64,000 nucleotides of DNA from a virus (IMGVR_UViG_3300037485_002668:1-64000); one strand, 5' to 3'; shown: positions 54,692 through 64,000, numbered from the stretch's first letter. Translations and numbers: made by a program. Notes: generated from the letters alone by a model not told the origin.

Positions 54692-56617
54692 TTAAATAAT
54701 AGATTTGCTCAAATTGGTTTGTACGGCGGGCGCCGAGGACTTTTCAAGGTTCGGCGTAATTTTTGATTGCGGCGGATGTTCTTTTTCATAGGCGGAACTG
54801 AATGACGCGTGCAGGTCTAAAAGTTCAGTCAGCGCCATTTTCCCAAAAACCGTTTTGCGGGTGGCAACCAGTTCGGGATTGGTGTGGTCGAACATATTTA
54901 ACAGACCGGCGAACGTCACCGTAGAATTTACCATTTCTTTGCGAAAAACGTCCAGCGCCGCGACCTGTTTCTTAATTTCCGGGAGGGGCTGGTCGGCAAA
55001 AATCTGATTCATTTCGGATTGAAAAGACTTGAGGGCAGTCAATTCCTGTTGAACTTGCTCGGGTGAAATGCCAGGGAAGGCTTTTTCAAAGTTGGCTTTG
55101 AACTCTTTGGCAGCGTCCCGCTCGGTAATGAGCATGGCAGCAGACTTCGTAATTTCGTCCAACGCGGCCGTAAAATTCGGTTCCGTCAACTCGAATTCAC
55201 GTTCCTGGATATTCAGAGCGGGAAGTGATAATTTCATCACGACTCCTGTATTAGTTAATGATTTTTCTTCTTTGGCTTTATGCGCCAAAAGATGATTTTC
55301 AGCTTTTTTTCTTAAATCTTCGGTAGAAACATTGGAACTTACAGCTTTAACCTGACCCATGCGCGCCAGCGCGTTATTGAAATGCGAGGCGTCCAGCGTG
55401 CCGCCGGTACCAGCGGCGCCATTGCCTTTGGCGTGATGGGGTAAATGGCGGGCATTGCGGGGGGCGGTCAAACCATCGGCGTCTTTATCCAGGCCGGGTT
55501 CGACGGCGGCAAAACAATTGTCTTCCAGGGTATTAATATAGGCGGCTGACCACTGGGCTTTTTCGGCATCGGGGGTGACGCCGGCGGCGGCCAGGTCGAA
55601 CATTTCGTAATAGTAGGCCAGGGGATCAAAATCGGGCGGGGGGGGTTTAACGGCGGGCGGAGGCATTTCTTTAGCGACACTGGACAGGGATTCCAGGGTG
55701 CGGGCGACCACGGTTTGAATTAACGTTTCAGGGAAATCAACGCCAGGGAAATAACTTTTGGTAACCTGCGCCGCGATTTGAGCGCCGAGGCCGACACTGG
55801 AAGTTTCCAGACATTCGACTTCAGCGGCGTCGGAATTTTGAAATTCACAAAACATTAATTTAGGGTTGTCGCTGTTTTTCTCATAAATTGGTTTGTAGAC
55901 AGGGACCGTAAAGCCGACGCTCAAATATTTATTGATTCCCATATCAATTAAGCGACATTCCGTTTTTTCATCTTCCGTCACGTTGGATTTATAAAATTTA
56001 GCCGTGGCGAAATAAATCGCGCCGTCCAAAGATTGAATAAACTGAAGACGTTCTTTAAAACCTTTTTTAGTACGGCCGGGGATCATAGCCAGGGCTTCGT
56101 CAACCGTATACGCTTTTAATTCCGAATGATAAAAAAGCCCATCGCCAGGATTAATCCGGTCATGACCCGTCAATTTTCCTTTGCCTACCAGGGTATCTGA
56201 CAAAGATTGCAGCGCGTCTTTACGGAAACGATCGGCGGCGCGGTCGGGAAAATTATTGGCGACCTGAGTTTCCCAGGTACGAACCATTTCGGGGGTAATT
56301 TTATCCGGACGCGGCATAAAACTTTTAATAATTTCCCAATCCGTTTCAGTAACGTCCGTACCTTTAATCTGAAGGTCAAACGTTTTATCAATTCGTGAAT
56401 TGGGAATGAAATCTTTTTTCGCATCTAGCATAGCGACATACTCCAGGCAATCGTTGGCGGAGGTGAAATAGTTACGAAATTCGGCGGCGTCAGGCGAGGT
56501 TCCTTTGGCGAATTGAATATGGCGACCGGGTTTGGTGATAATACCTTCAAAGTTTAGCGGGGGGCCATAATAATCGTCAAAATAGAAATACCGTTCAGTC
56601 GATTCGATTAAACGCAT
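54692..56617 (-). CDS. prohead protease plus scaffold
   Basis: DRAADRF, GHD, LSVGF, E.S.V..GAQ protease motifs; helical C-terminal scaffold. Confidence 0.75.
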   Translation of the reverse strand: MRLIESTERYFYFDDYYGPPLNFEGIITKPGRHIQFAKGTSPDAAEFRNYFTSANDCLEYVAMLDAKKDFIPNSRIDKTFDLQIKGTDVTETDWEIIKSFMPRPDKITPEMVRTWETQVANNFPDRAADRFRKDALQSLSDTLVGKGKLTGHDRINPGDGLFYHSELKAYTVDEALAMIPGRTKKGFKERLQFIQSLDGAIYFATAKFYKSNVTEDEKTECRLIDMGINKYLSVGFTVPVYKPIYEKNSDNPKLMFCEFQNSDAAEVECLETSSVGLGAQIAAQVTKSYFPGVDFPETLIQTVVARTLESLSSVAKEMPPPAVKPPPPDFDPLAYYYEMFDLAAAGVTPDAEKAQWSAAYINTLEDNCFAAVEPGLDKDADGLTAPRNARHLPHHAKGNGAAGTGGTLDASHFNNALARMGQVKAVSSNVSTEDLRKKAENHLLAHKAKEEKSLTNTGVVMKLSLPALNIQEREFELTEPNFTAALDEITKSAAMLITERDAAKEFKANFEKAFPGISPEQVQQELTALKSFQSEMNQIFADQPLPEIKKQVAALDVFRKEMVNSTVTFAGLLNMFDHTNPELVATRKTVFGKMALTELLDLHASFSSAYEKEHPPQSKITPNLEKSSAPAVQTNLSKSII

Positions 56618-56623
56618 TTAGCA

Positions 56624-56953
56624 TTAGCGCTCCAGCGAAGGGATATCGGCGGTATCGGTAGTTTTTATGGCGGTTGGATTGGCATGAGTGACAATGGGTT
56701 TAAATTTTATTTTTTTTGGCGGGAAGGGCGGTGCTATTTTTTCAGGTTCGGGTTCAGAGACGGGTATTACTTTTGGCGGGAGGATCAATTCGGGCGGGGG
56801 TGGTTGGACAGGAAACAGGTCTTTGCGTTCCTTTTTCAATTTGGCGATGGCGGCTTCGGTTTCGAGTTCGAGTTGGCAGGGGGCGCAGTGAGTCCAGGGT
56901 GATTTGCCGGCGTGGTCGAACTCTTTTTTACAGCGTTTACAGAAGTCGAGCAT
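56624..56953 (-). CDS. Zn-ribbon, Pro-rich hypothetical protein
   Basis: CKRC...CAPC; AAGGA RBS. Confidence 0.55.
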   Translation of the reverse strand: MLDFCKRCKKEFDHAGKSPWTHCAPCQLELETEAAIAKLKKERKDLFPVQPPPPELILPPKVIPVSEPEPEKIAPPFPPKKIKFKPIVTHANPTAIKTTDTADIPSLER

Positions 56954-57212
56954 GTGAATTCCTTTCGGAAAAAAGTAAGATTCAAAGGCTTTAATTTAAA
57001 TAATACGTAAAAGTTCCAAATTTTTACACTTTCTGTAATTTGGCCGTCAATCATAAGTCCACCCAGGCGGGCTGGGAGGGGGAAAGTTTTTTTCGTGGAT
57101 TTTAAAAATATTTTTATGGTGAAAAGTGAACGGGGCGTTAGTGTTTGGGGCTATTGGGGGTAAAAAAATGGTAGAAAAACGGGGGTCTTTGGAAAATAAT
57201 CTAAGAAAAGAC

Positions 57213-57241
57213 TTGACTTTTTAGATTTTTATGCGTATATT
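57213..57241 (+). promoter_or_regulatory. sigma70-type promoter TTGACT-N17-TATATT
   Basis: Exact consensus at the start of the plus-strand island. Confidence 0.8.
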
Positions 57242-57294
57242 GTTAATGTAATAAGGAACGAAAGTTCACTGAAACCAAAAAGAGGAGCAAAACC

Positions 57295-58191
57295 ATGAAA
57301 ATCGAACGAACAATCAAAAATGAAAAAGTAGAAATAGCAGTTTTCTACTTTCACACCATTCGCAATACAAACCAAATCATTGTACATCTGAATTCTGCCT
57401 GGTTTGAAAAAGAAATCATCGGCGAATACTTTTCCGAATATCAGGGCAAAAAAGGCGTTATTCGCATTGATTCTTTTGAAAACAAAAATACGATACGCTT
57501 GCGAACACTGACTGGGACTCCTGAGAAACAAACGATGGCTTTTTTGGTTTCCCCTGAGATGTCAAGTGAATTACAAGCGGCTTCATATAATTTTTTAAAA
57601 GCCAAAGAAGATAAAGAAAATCGAGAGAAGGCGTTCCTTGCTACATTAACAATCGAAAATTCAAATTTAATAGCTTATCATCAGGGTGCTGGGGATTATT
57701 CAAGCGACTCGGTTTATCTTTGTACGAAATATGAATTTGAAGGCGAAACAGGTCGCAAATCTTTTGACCTGACGAAAAGCCAAACCGAACATCTGTATGC
57801 GTTTACAGTCAAGTTTGCGCCAAACAATTTATATTATGATACTTACGAAGTAGAGCTTAACGAAACGCAAAAAGCCGAATTACTTGCCCTTTTGAATGAA
57901 GGCAAAAAAGAAGATGACGCTATTCAAGATGAAAAGAATCGTTACAATTTAATGAGTGAAAGTGGGAAACGGTTTTATCAGGCGCATAAGCAAGCAAAAA
58001 AGATGATGGCCGAATATGAAGGGTTAACTTATCGTTATTGTTTCGCTAATTGCCTGAGTGAGATAATTAAGATTCAAAAATTTAACAAGTTTCGCGATGC
58101 TCAGGCAAAAAAAGGTTTGGGTCAATGTTGGGAATGTGGTTGCTGGGTTCCTTTTAAACAACTGGACGAAACGGGTTATTGTGGATGCTAA
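57295..58191 (+). CDS. hypothetical early protein with C-terminal CWECG..YCGC Zn motif
   Basis: AGAGGAG RBS. Confidence 0.7.
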   Translation: MKIERTIKNEKVEIAVFYFHTIRNTNQIIVHLNSAWFEKEIIGEYFSEYQGKKGVIRIDSFENKNTIRLRTLTGTPEKQTMAFLVSPEMSSELQAASYNFLKAKEDKENREKAFLATLTIENSNLIAYHQGAGDYSSDSVYLCTKYEFEGETGRKSFDLTKSQTEHLYAFTVKFAPNNLYYDTYEVELNETQKAELLALLNEGKKEDDAIQDEKNRYNLMSESGKRFYQAHKQAKKMMAEYEGLTYRYCFANCLSEIIKIQKFNKFRDAQAKKGLGQCWECGCWVPFKQLDETGYCGC

Positions 58192-58237
58192 TTCTCTAAT
58201 TAATCATATTTTTAACAATCAAAAAAGAGGTGTTCAG

Positions 58238-58549
58238 ATGAAACAAGTGATCAATAAGAAACTGTACAATACGGAAACGGCTGAAAAGCTGCATTCGTAT
58301 ACTTTTTCAAATACAGGTGATTTTCATTATATTTCGGAAAGCCTGTACAAAACGAAATACGGGAACTACTTTTTGGCAGGCACGGGTGGAGCGGCATCGA
58401 AATATGGGAAAGCCTGTGGAAATAATTCGATGAGCGGCGGCACTGCTATTACGCCGATGACGGTCACGGAAGCGATTCAGTGGTTGGAAGATCATGACGG
58501 TTCCGAAGTAATCGAAAATCATTTTGCGAGTGAAATTCAGGAAGCATAA
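58238..58549 (+). CDS. conserved phage protein (KLYNTETA...LYKTK.G.YFL family)
   Basis: Recognisable small phage family pattern; GAGG RBS. Confidence 0.7.
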   Translation: MKQVINKKLYNTETAEKLHSYTFSNTGDFHYISESLYKTKYGNYFLAGTGGAASKYGKACGNNSMSGGTAITPMTVTEAIQWLEDHDGSEVIENHFASEIQEA

Positions 58550-58611
58550 AGAATGGGCGGCTAACCACCGCCCGGAATAATGAACTGAAAATTTAAAAAA
58601 AGAGGTGTGAA

Positions 58612-58890
58612 ATGAAATATACAAAAAAACATTGGACTCAAGACGGAAAACAAGAGACCATAACTACTTATGATAGTGATATGGTTAAAGAGGCAATTGA
58701 TATATTTTATAGTAAAGGGAAGGTTTCTTTCGTGCACCGAAACGGGACAGTCACAACTCTTCATCGGTTCAAAAATGTTGTTGAATATTTCCATCCGGTA
58801 GACAATAGTGTAGACGGAGAAACAAAATTAGAAAAAATAGATGAGGGAACTATTGCAAGTTATTGTTCCGAACAATATCGAATTGGATAG
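58612..58890 (+). CDS. hypothetical protein
   Basis: GAGGTG RBS. Confidence 0.6.
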   Translation: MKYTKKHWTQDGKQETITTYDSDMVKEAIDIFYSKGKVSFVHRNGTVTTLHRFKNVVEYFHPVDNSVDGETKLEKIDEGTIASYCSEQYRIG

Positions 58891-58892
58891 AG

Positions 58893-59360
58893 TCTAATCC
58901 CCGGTCGTTTCGGGCGTGACCGACGGCCGGGGAGCTACTTAATTAACTTAATTTTAACTTTAAACAAGAGGGGCAAGCCATGAAATTAGAGGTAATGACT
59001 CGCAAACAAATAATTAAAGAAGCCGGAGAAACTGAAAACGTTCGGTATTGTATCACAGTGGGGTGGGCAAACGGAGAATGGAGATGTACCTGGTTCGAAG
59101 AAAACGAACCGTGGGAAAATTATCAATTTTTTGATCGGGGACGTGCGGGTTATTCATCTGCAAATAGGCATGTTTTCTTGATCGATAAAAAAAATAAAAA
59201 AATTTATTGTATCGAATGTCCAAATAAAGATGGGATTGAAGAGGTTGAAAGCTTTGCAACCGGATATAGAAAAAGTTTTACATTCAAAAATTAATCTAAT
59301 CCCCGGTCGCTTCGGGCGTGGCCGATGGCCGGGGGCTACTAATTAACTTAATTTTAACTT
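58893..59360 (+). repeat. two ~67-bp direct repeats containing a hairpin, flanking one gene
   Basis: tctaatccccggtcg.ttcgggcgtg.ccga.ggccgggg...aattaactttaattttaactt at about 58893-58960 and 59296-59360. Confidence 0.8.
58980..59294 (+). CDS. hypothetical protein
   Basis: ORF between the direct repeats. Confidence 0.6.
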   Translation: MKLEVMTRKQIIKEAGETENVRYCITVGWANGEWRCTWFEENEPWENYQFFDRGRAGYSSANRHVFLIDKKNKKIYCIECPNKDGIEEVESFATGYRKSFTFKN

Positions 59361-59370
59361 AAGGAGATAT

Positions 59371-59610
59371 ATGGGGAAAAAATGGCTTGTTTTGGAATCG
59401 GGTCTAATGCAATTAGATGACCCGTATAACTGGATTTTAAGAAATAGTAAAGAAAAAAATCCCCATTCAATAATCAGATGGTTGCCACTACCTCAACCAT
59501 TGAGTTCCATCGGGGGATTACCAAAGGATCTATTCGAAAAAAGTAATGCCGTAAAGCTTTTTTCGGATGAAGACCTCTGGTTGGAGACATTCGGGATAAA
59601 AGTCAGATAA
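59371..59610 (+). CDS. hypothetical protein
   Basis: AAGGAG RBS; W.PLP motif. Confidence 0.55.
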   Translation: MGKKWLVLESGLMQLDDPYNWILRNSKEKNPHSIIRWLPLPQPLSSIGGLPKDLFEKSNAVKLFSDEDLWLETFGIKVR

Positions 59611-59779
59611 CTAAACAAATCATTGCAGGAACTCCCTGGCGTCTGTACCCGCGAACTGAATAGTGACGTCCTGCGTGATCTTGCCACGACTGACGTAATT
59701 TATGAATTGTTGAAAAAAATCAGCGGCAAGCCTTATTATGATTGGTTTGAAAAAATGAACACCCACAGATGGAGGTTTA

Positions 59780-60109
59780 ATGAATAAAAAAACAATCAGT
59801 ACCAGGGGGTCGATAGCCCTGGCTGAATGGGTTCAAAAAACATTCGGTAATCGGAACCGAGGCATGGAAGCAATGATTTGGTTTATCAAGGCTATTTTGG
59901 ACAAAACGGAGTTGTCTTTCAGTGACGAAGTATTAAAAGAAATCGCCCAACGGGTCGGGAATTTACCGGCCGAATTTTGGGCGGATATTGAAGTCATTGC
60001 GATTATGGTTGGCGGAACTAACGGAATACTAATCAAGACATTGGATGTCAATGAATGCTTTGCCATGATGGTACGCATTCAAAAGTTAAAAGTAAACAGT
60101 GAAAAGTAA
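59780..60109 (+). CDS. hypothetical protein
   Basis: GGAGG RBS. Confidence 0.6.
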   Translation: MNKKTISTRGSIALAEWVQKTFGNRNRGMEAMIWFIKAILDKTELSFSDEVLKEIAQRVGNLPAEFWADIEVIAIMVGGTNGILIKTLDVNECFAMMVRIQKLKVNSEK

Positions 60110-60161
60110 AGAGTTAAAAGTTAAAAGCAAACAGTAAAAATTTAAAATCAAGAGGTAAGTT

Positions 60162-60623
60162 ATGGCAAATTTAAGTGAAATGATTGATTCGGCTGTGTTT
60201 GGAACGCGGCCAAATAATGAACAGATTGAACCCGTTCCGGTTGATCCGCAAACATGCCCAGCGTGTAACCAAAGAGCCGATGTTTATTTTGAAAAGAATA
60301 TGTATTTTAAACATAATTGTGGTGCAAGGCTGGTTACGATTACCGATGGAAATGGCAATTATGGCGTTGCTTATGATCATCGTTATCGACATCACCGTGT
60401 ATGTGGAAAAGTTTACGCATACGAGTTGGTGTTGAAATTAGATGATAACCGTGGTTTAGGTTATGTTTACGGAACGCCGCCAATTGAAAGTTGTTATGGC
60501 GTTGGTGAAGACTCCTATTTATATTTGATAGGGGATACCCCTTTTGAACCTGCAAATAAGCCATTCTCGTATGTAAAGCGAATTGGCGAATTTGGCGATG
60601 GCCATTTCTTAATTCCAGAATAA
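60162..60623 (+). CDS. hypothetical Zn-binding protein
   Basis: CPAC...HNC; GAGG RBS. Confidence 0.6.
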   Translation: MANLSEMIDSAVFGTRPNNEQIEPVPVDPQTCPACNQRADVYFEKNMYFKHNCGARLVTITDGNGNYGVAYDHRYRHHRVCGKVYAYELVLKLDDNRGLGYVYGTPPIESCYGVGEDSYLYLIGDTPFEPANKPFSYVKRIGEFGDGHFLIPE

Positions 60624-60644
60624 TCCTGCAATAACTTATCGAGT

Positions 60645-60679
60645 AAAAAAAAGCCTCGCGGTTTGCGAGGCTTTTTTTT
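60645..60679. terminator. bidirectional intrinsic terminator
   Basis: aaaaaaagcctcgc-ggttt-gcgaggctttttttt between convergent units. Confidence 0.85.
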
Positions 60680-60680
60680 G

Positions 60681-61610
60681 CTATTTAGTGGGGGATTTGA
60701 GGGCGGAAAAAAGTTTTGTCAGGAATTTGGAAAAGGGTTCCTGTTTGCAGGCGACGGTCAGGTTGTCGGGGTTAGCCTTGGGGAACCAGTCGGGGGACTC
60801 GAAATTCCAGGCGGCGATTTTGACGTCGGTGCAGGCGGCCAGTTGGGTGATACCAGAATCCTTACCGAGGTATAGTTTGGCGTTAGCAATTAACCAAAGA
60901 ATTTCGGGCAGGCTGGCGCGGTTGCGTAAATCGATGAACGGCGGCCAGATTTCGAGCAGGTCGTTATCGGTGAATACGGGGTGGTCGTTACCAACTAAGA
61001 CGATGCTTTTGAATTCGTTTTGACAGCGGCGCAAGACCTGCAAGATACGGAAAAGTTCCTCGAAGGTGACGTTCTTTTCGGGCATGTCGTAAGCCCGCAG
61101 GTGGAATACAATGTAGGGTTGCGGGGGGATTTCGGCGGGCGGCTGAGGTTGGAAACCGGGATTCAATTTCAGTCCGCAATGTTCGACCAGGTCCGTAAGT
61201 TCCGCGGCGACATTAAACAAAAATACGTTTTTTGCCAGGCGGTCGGGGTGGGTCGGGTCACGGGGAATGAAATTATGATTTAGCATATTCGGCCAAAAGA
61301 GTTTGTCGTAATGCAAGCGGCCTTCCAGGAGGTGACTAAGCTGCTCGGTGGTGGTCAGGATTACAGTTTCGGTTGGATTTTGCTGGCGGTAATATTCAAA
61401 AATCGTATTGATCCAAATCCGATCCCCCAGGCGGTTAAATTCCGTACTCATGGCAAAATACGTTTGGGCGTTGGGCAGGGTCGGATATTTTCTTTTGGCA
61501 ATGACTAAATAGCATTGCATACACTGCCAGCAACGGTCGGCGTAAAAATATTCGTCACGGGCGGGGTAATCGACTTCTTTGCCGCATTCACTGCAATGGA
61601 ACAGGGGCAT
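60681..61610 (-). CDS. glycosyltransferase, GT-B fold (GT9-like), with N-terminal Zn ribbon
   Basis: RLGD; IDLRNRASL.E....IANAKLYLGKDSGITQLAA. Confidence 0.75.
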   Translation of the reverse strand: MPLFHCSECGKEVDYPARDEYFYADRCWQCMQCYLVIAKRKYPTLPNAQTYFAMSTEFNRLGDRIWINTIFEYYRQQNPTETVILTTTEQLSHLLEGRLHYDKLFWPNMLNHNFIPRDPTHPDRLAKNVFLFNVAAELTDLVEHCGLKLNPGFQPQPPAEIPPQPYIVFHLRAYDMPEKNVTFEELFRILQVLRRCQNEFKSIVLVGNDHPVFTDNDLLEIWPPFIDLRNRASLPEILWLIANAKLYLGKDSGITQLAACTDVKIAAWNFESPDWFPKANPDNLTVACKQEPFSKFLTKLFSALKSPTK

Positions 61611-61875
61611 TCGCAGGCTCCTCGGGTTTGGGGGTTACGGGTTCAGGATTAACGATAGTGGGTTTGGGATTCAATGGTTCATTTAGTTTATTAATAGCCG
61701 CGTTTAAATTTTCAAATTCCGTGATGATAATTTGAATGCACGTTTCCACCAGGCGATCCCGAATCAGGATTGAATCGGTGGGGAGTTTCAGCGCCAGATA
61801 ATCGCCGGTATTTGGGATATAACGGTCATTCGATAAAATAATCAGGGCAGTTTTTAATTTTTGCGTATTTTTCAT
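61588..61875 (-). CDS. hypothetical protein
   Basis: Start MKNTQK; overlaps the next gene. Confidence 0.45.
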   Translation of the reverse strand: MKNTQKLKTALIILSNDRYIPNTGDYLALKLPTDSILIRDRLVETCIQIIITEFENLNAAINKLNEPLNPKPTIVNPEPVTPKPEEPANAPVPLQ

Positions 61876-62084
61876 AAATTTCCCTTGACAATATAAAAAA
61901 TTATGCTTACATTTAAATGACAAGTATTTTGTCAAATCCGGTCAATTTGCAAAATGCTTGCATGGATAGAGTCCGGTGTATAAAGCCCTGTTTGTAAGAG
62001 TGCAAGCGGGGCTTTTTGCGATCAGTTGGCGTCCCACCCAGACAAGCCGGGTGGAAACGGGGGCGGACTCTTGGTCAGGTTTGT

Positions 62085-63089
62085 TCAGGGACGCAGGGCG
62101 GAAATTTCGCCGGGGGTCCAGGGAACCTGATATGGCGACGGGCGATTCCAGGGGGAATTGACCGGGATGCCGGTGACGGACCAGACGGGTTCCCGTTCGC
62201 AGCGACAATTCGGATGGGTATCGCTGACGGGATACGGGCCTTCACCATGACGCCAGACCTGGCCATCCAGCGCAGCGCAAATTTGACAACAGCCGGCAAA
62301 AGCCCGCCATTGATCGTAAGGCACACCAGCGGCATCAGCCATGCGGTCGTAAGATGCGTTTAACTGAAGCTGCATTTCACTACGTACCGTGCGCATCCAC
62401 CACCAGGATTGACCTTCCCCCACATTCAAATGTAACCAACGGGCGATTTCCATCGCATCCGCTTCCCGCTGCGCCATTTCAGGGAGTACCGATTTCAATA
62501 ATTTAAAATAGTCTTTGCCAATTTTTTCACGCAGGCGACCCGCGGCGGCAAGACTGGCGGCGGTGAAATAGTCATCGGCGGAGGTAGGAACCACGGGCAG
62601 GAATGAATTGGGATCTTTCCATTCGGGTAAACTTTTTTGAATCAAATCATAAAACTTTTTCAGGCCATAGCTGAACATGGAAAACAGCCAGAACGCCAGG
62701 ATTGCTTTCTCGGAACTGGACATATTATCTGAATTTTTCGCGCCGAGTAAGTCGGTTTGCCAATTATCCAGAATCCGTTTCAGGGCGGGTTCCGACATTT
62801 CGTCATATTCCCAGGGGTCGGCGGCTTTCTGAAAAGACGCGCGGACGCGGTCGATGGCTGGCAGGCGGTACAATTTTAGTAAGTCAGTTTCGTATTCGGT
62901 GGTTTTATCCAGCAGGTCGGTTAGCAATTTGTTACTCATTTGGGATACTTTTTTATCCGGATGCGGCGCGAGTAACAATTGCATTTCGGACGCGCTGGGT
63001 GTGGGTGCGTTGACTTTGGAATGAATACAAATGGCGGCGGGTTCGGGGATAATGAGTCCCTGAATGATGGAAAGGATACGGTCGTCCAT
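62085..63089 (-). CDS. minor head protein, MuF/SPP1 gp7-like
   Basis: RTVRSE, CQICAALDG, HPNCRC. Confidence 0.8.
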   Translation of the reverse strand: MDDRILSIIQGLIIPEPAAICIHSKVNAPTPSASEMQLLLAPHPDKKVSQMSNKLLTDLLDKTTEYETDLLKLYRLPAIDRVRASFQKAADPWEYDEMSEPALKRILDNWQTDLLGAKNSDNMSSSEKAILAFWLFSMFSYGLKKFYDLIQKSLPEWKDPNSFLPVVPTSADDYFTAASLAAAGRLREKIGKDYFKLLKSVLPEMAQREADAMEIARWLHLNVGEGQSWWWMRTVRSEMQLQLNASYDRMADAAGVPYDQWRAFAGCCQICAALDGQVWRHGEGPYPVSDTHPNCRCEREPVWSVTGIPVNSPWNRPSPYQVPWTPGEISALRP

Positions 63090-63118
63090 GCGAAAATCCT
63101 TAAATTAATTTAATAAAT

Positions 63119-63946
63119 TCAGAATAAATTTCCTTGTTTTAAAATCGGGTCTAAACGTTTTTTTATAATCTCGCAATATTCAGGGCTGATTTCGGAACCA
63201 ATCCAGTTCCGTTTTAACTTAATTGCCATTTTCGCCGTGGTACCGCTGCCCATAAACGGATCGTAGATTAAATTTCCTTCGTTGCTCCAGCTTATAATGT
63301 GGTCGGCAGCAAGTTGTTCAGGGAATATGGCTGGATGCTCAAAAGCAATTTTGTCTTTACTAGTATTATTAAACGAAACAATATAACTCCAAATGTTTGA
63401 TATACATTTATCATTTTGTTTTACTTGGTAAATGTGCCTATCCTTGCATCTACCGTTTTCATCTCTAATGGCGTGATAATTTTTCAATCTTTTGTCTGAT
63501 TTAGGTTCTAAAATCAAATTCGTAACTAACGGAATCCCCTTCGAAAGTATGAACATAAACTCAAATAAATTTTTATACCTATTTGTAGACGGAACATTAT
63601 TTGCAAGTTTATTATAAATCATCGTATCGTGGATATTAAACCCAACCTGCCTGAAATAAATCTTCTGGTAAGAACTGGCTAAACTTTCCGACCCGTTTAT
63701 GGTCATATCGCCAACCACCCATACCACCACGCCGCCCTCTTTGGTCACTCGGTAAAGTTCCTTCGCAATCGCTTTAAAATCCCAGGTATAACCTTTATAG
63801 GTACGGAAACCATTTTTCGGTATAGGGTTAAAATCGGCATCCATATCATCGTAAGGTGGACTGGTCACCGTTAAATCGATAAAATTATCCGGCATCCGTG
63901 CCATGGTGTCCAGACAATTTTCACAGTATACTTTATTGATTTCCAT
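63119..63946 (-). CDS. DNA methyltransferase (N4-C/N6-A, beta class)
   Basis: VTSPPY, HPAIFP, DPFMGSGTT. Confidence 0.93.
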   Translation of the reverse strand: MEINKVYCENCLDTMARMPDNFIDLTVTSPPYDDMDADFNPIPKNGFRTYKGYTWDFKAIAKELYRVTKEGGVVVWVVGDMTINGSESLASSYQKIYFRQVGFNIHDTMIYNKLANNVPSTNRYKNLFEFMFILSKGIPLVTNLILEPKSDKRLKNYHAIRDENGRCKDRHIYQVKQNDKCISNIWSYIVSFNNTSKDKIAFEHPAIFPEQLAADHIISWSNEGNLIYDPFMGSGTTAKMAIKLKRNWIGSEISPEYCEIIKKRLDPILKQGNLF

Positions 63947-64000
63947 ATTAAATCACTTTAAATTTCCTGTGGTTCCTGTTTTAGTTGCGCAACGATTTGG

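Larger units (their letters stand above)
27049..62054 (-). repeat. dispersed ~35-40 bp hairpin element, 10 copies in late-gene junctions
   Basis: Plus-strand consensus GTCAATCAT-N3-6-CCACCCAG-RCRRG-CTGGGTGG at about 27049, 33694, 34592, 34907, 35984, 37958, 38003, 48698, 57046 and 62019. Confidence 0.8.

Noticed and set aside
60082-60145. Degenerate aagttaaaag/aaacagt repeats
   Set aside because: Low-complexity A-rich sequence at a gene end, with no structure or regular period.
27049-62054. Intact IS200/IS605 element, or integron attC array
   Set aside because: No TnpA or TnpB gene is present. The hairpins are short and lack attC R/L box architecture. Kept only as an unexplained repeat.
1-64000. 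Genome-wide stop-codon reassignment
   Set aside because: Long genes are intact in the standard code, and TGA and TAG end genes normally, often as ATGA overlaps.

Overview
The window is a 64-kb segment of a long-tailed, siphovirus-type bacteriophage, probably temperate. No host housekeeping block or attachment junction is visible. Left arm (minus strand): DnaB helicase, a replication initiator with internal iterons, tRNA-Met, and a PurA-like/vWA/J-domain-kinase/Nudix block. 10.8-16.9 kb (plus strand): a self-contained operon encoding a Ubl-like protein, a TROVE/Ro60-like vWA protein, a conserved-Cys protein, a JAB protease, an HNH nuclease and a ThiF/E1 enzyme. It is followed by a separately promoted cluster of tRNA-scaffold RNAs that carry the same ~40-nt module in different arms. 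This is the best candidate for an undescribed RNA-linked ubiquitin-like conjugation system. 17-26 kb: a tyrosine recombinase with a type I hammerhead ribozyme just upstream, a sigma54-type promoter with candidate enhancer sites, a phage-encoded sigma54 activator, a methyltransferase, five Zn-ribbon tail-anchored microproteins, YidD, a candidate CxxU selenoprotein and several structured RNAs. 26-38 kb: secreted FN3, cohesin and dockerin proteins, glycosyltransferases, and poly-Ser/beta-helix tail appendages, punctuated by a covarying hairpin element. 38-64 kb: tail and head morphogenesis genes (2734-aa tape measure protein, -1 frameshift chaperone, capsid, protease, MuF) interrupted by an opposite-strand early-gene island. 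All calls come from reading motifs by eye; no database search or folding program was run.
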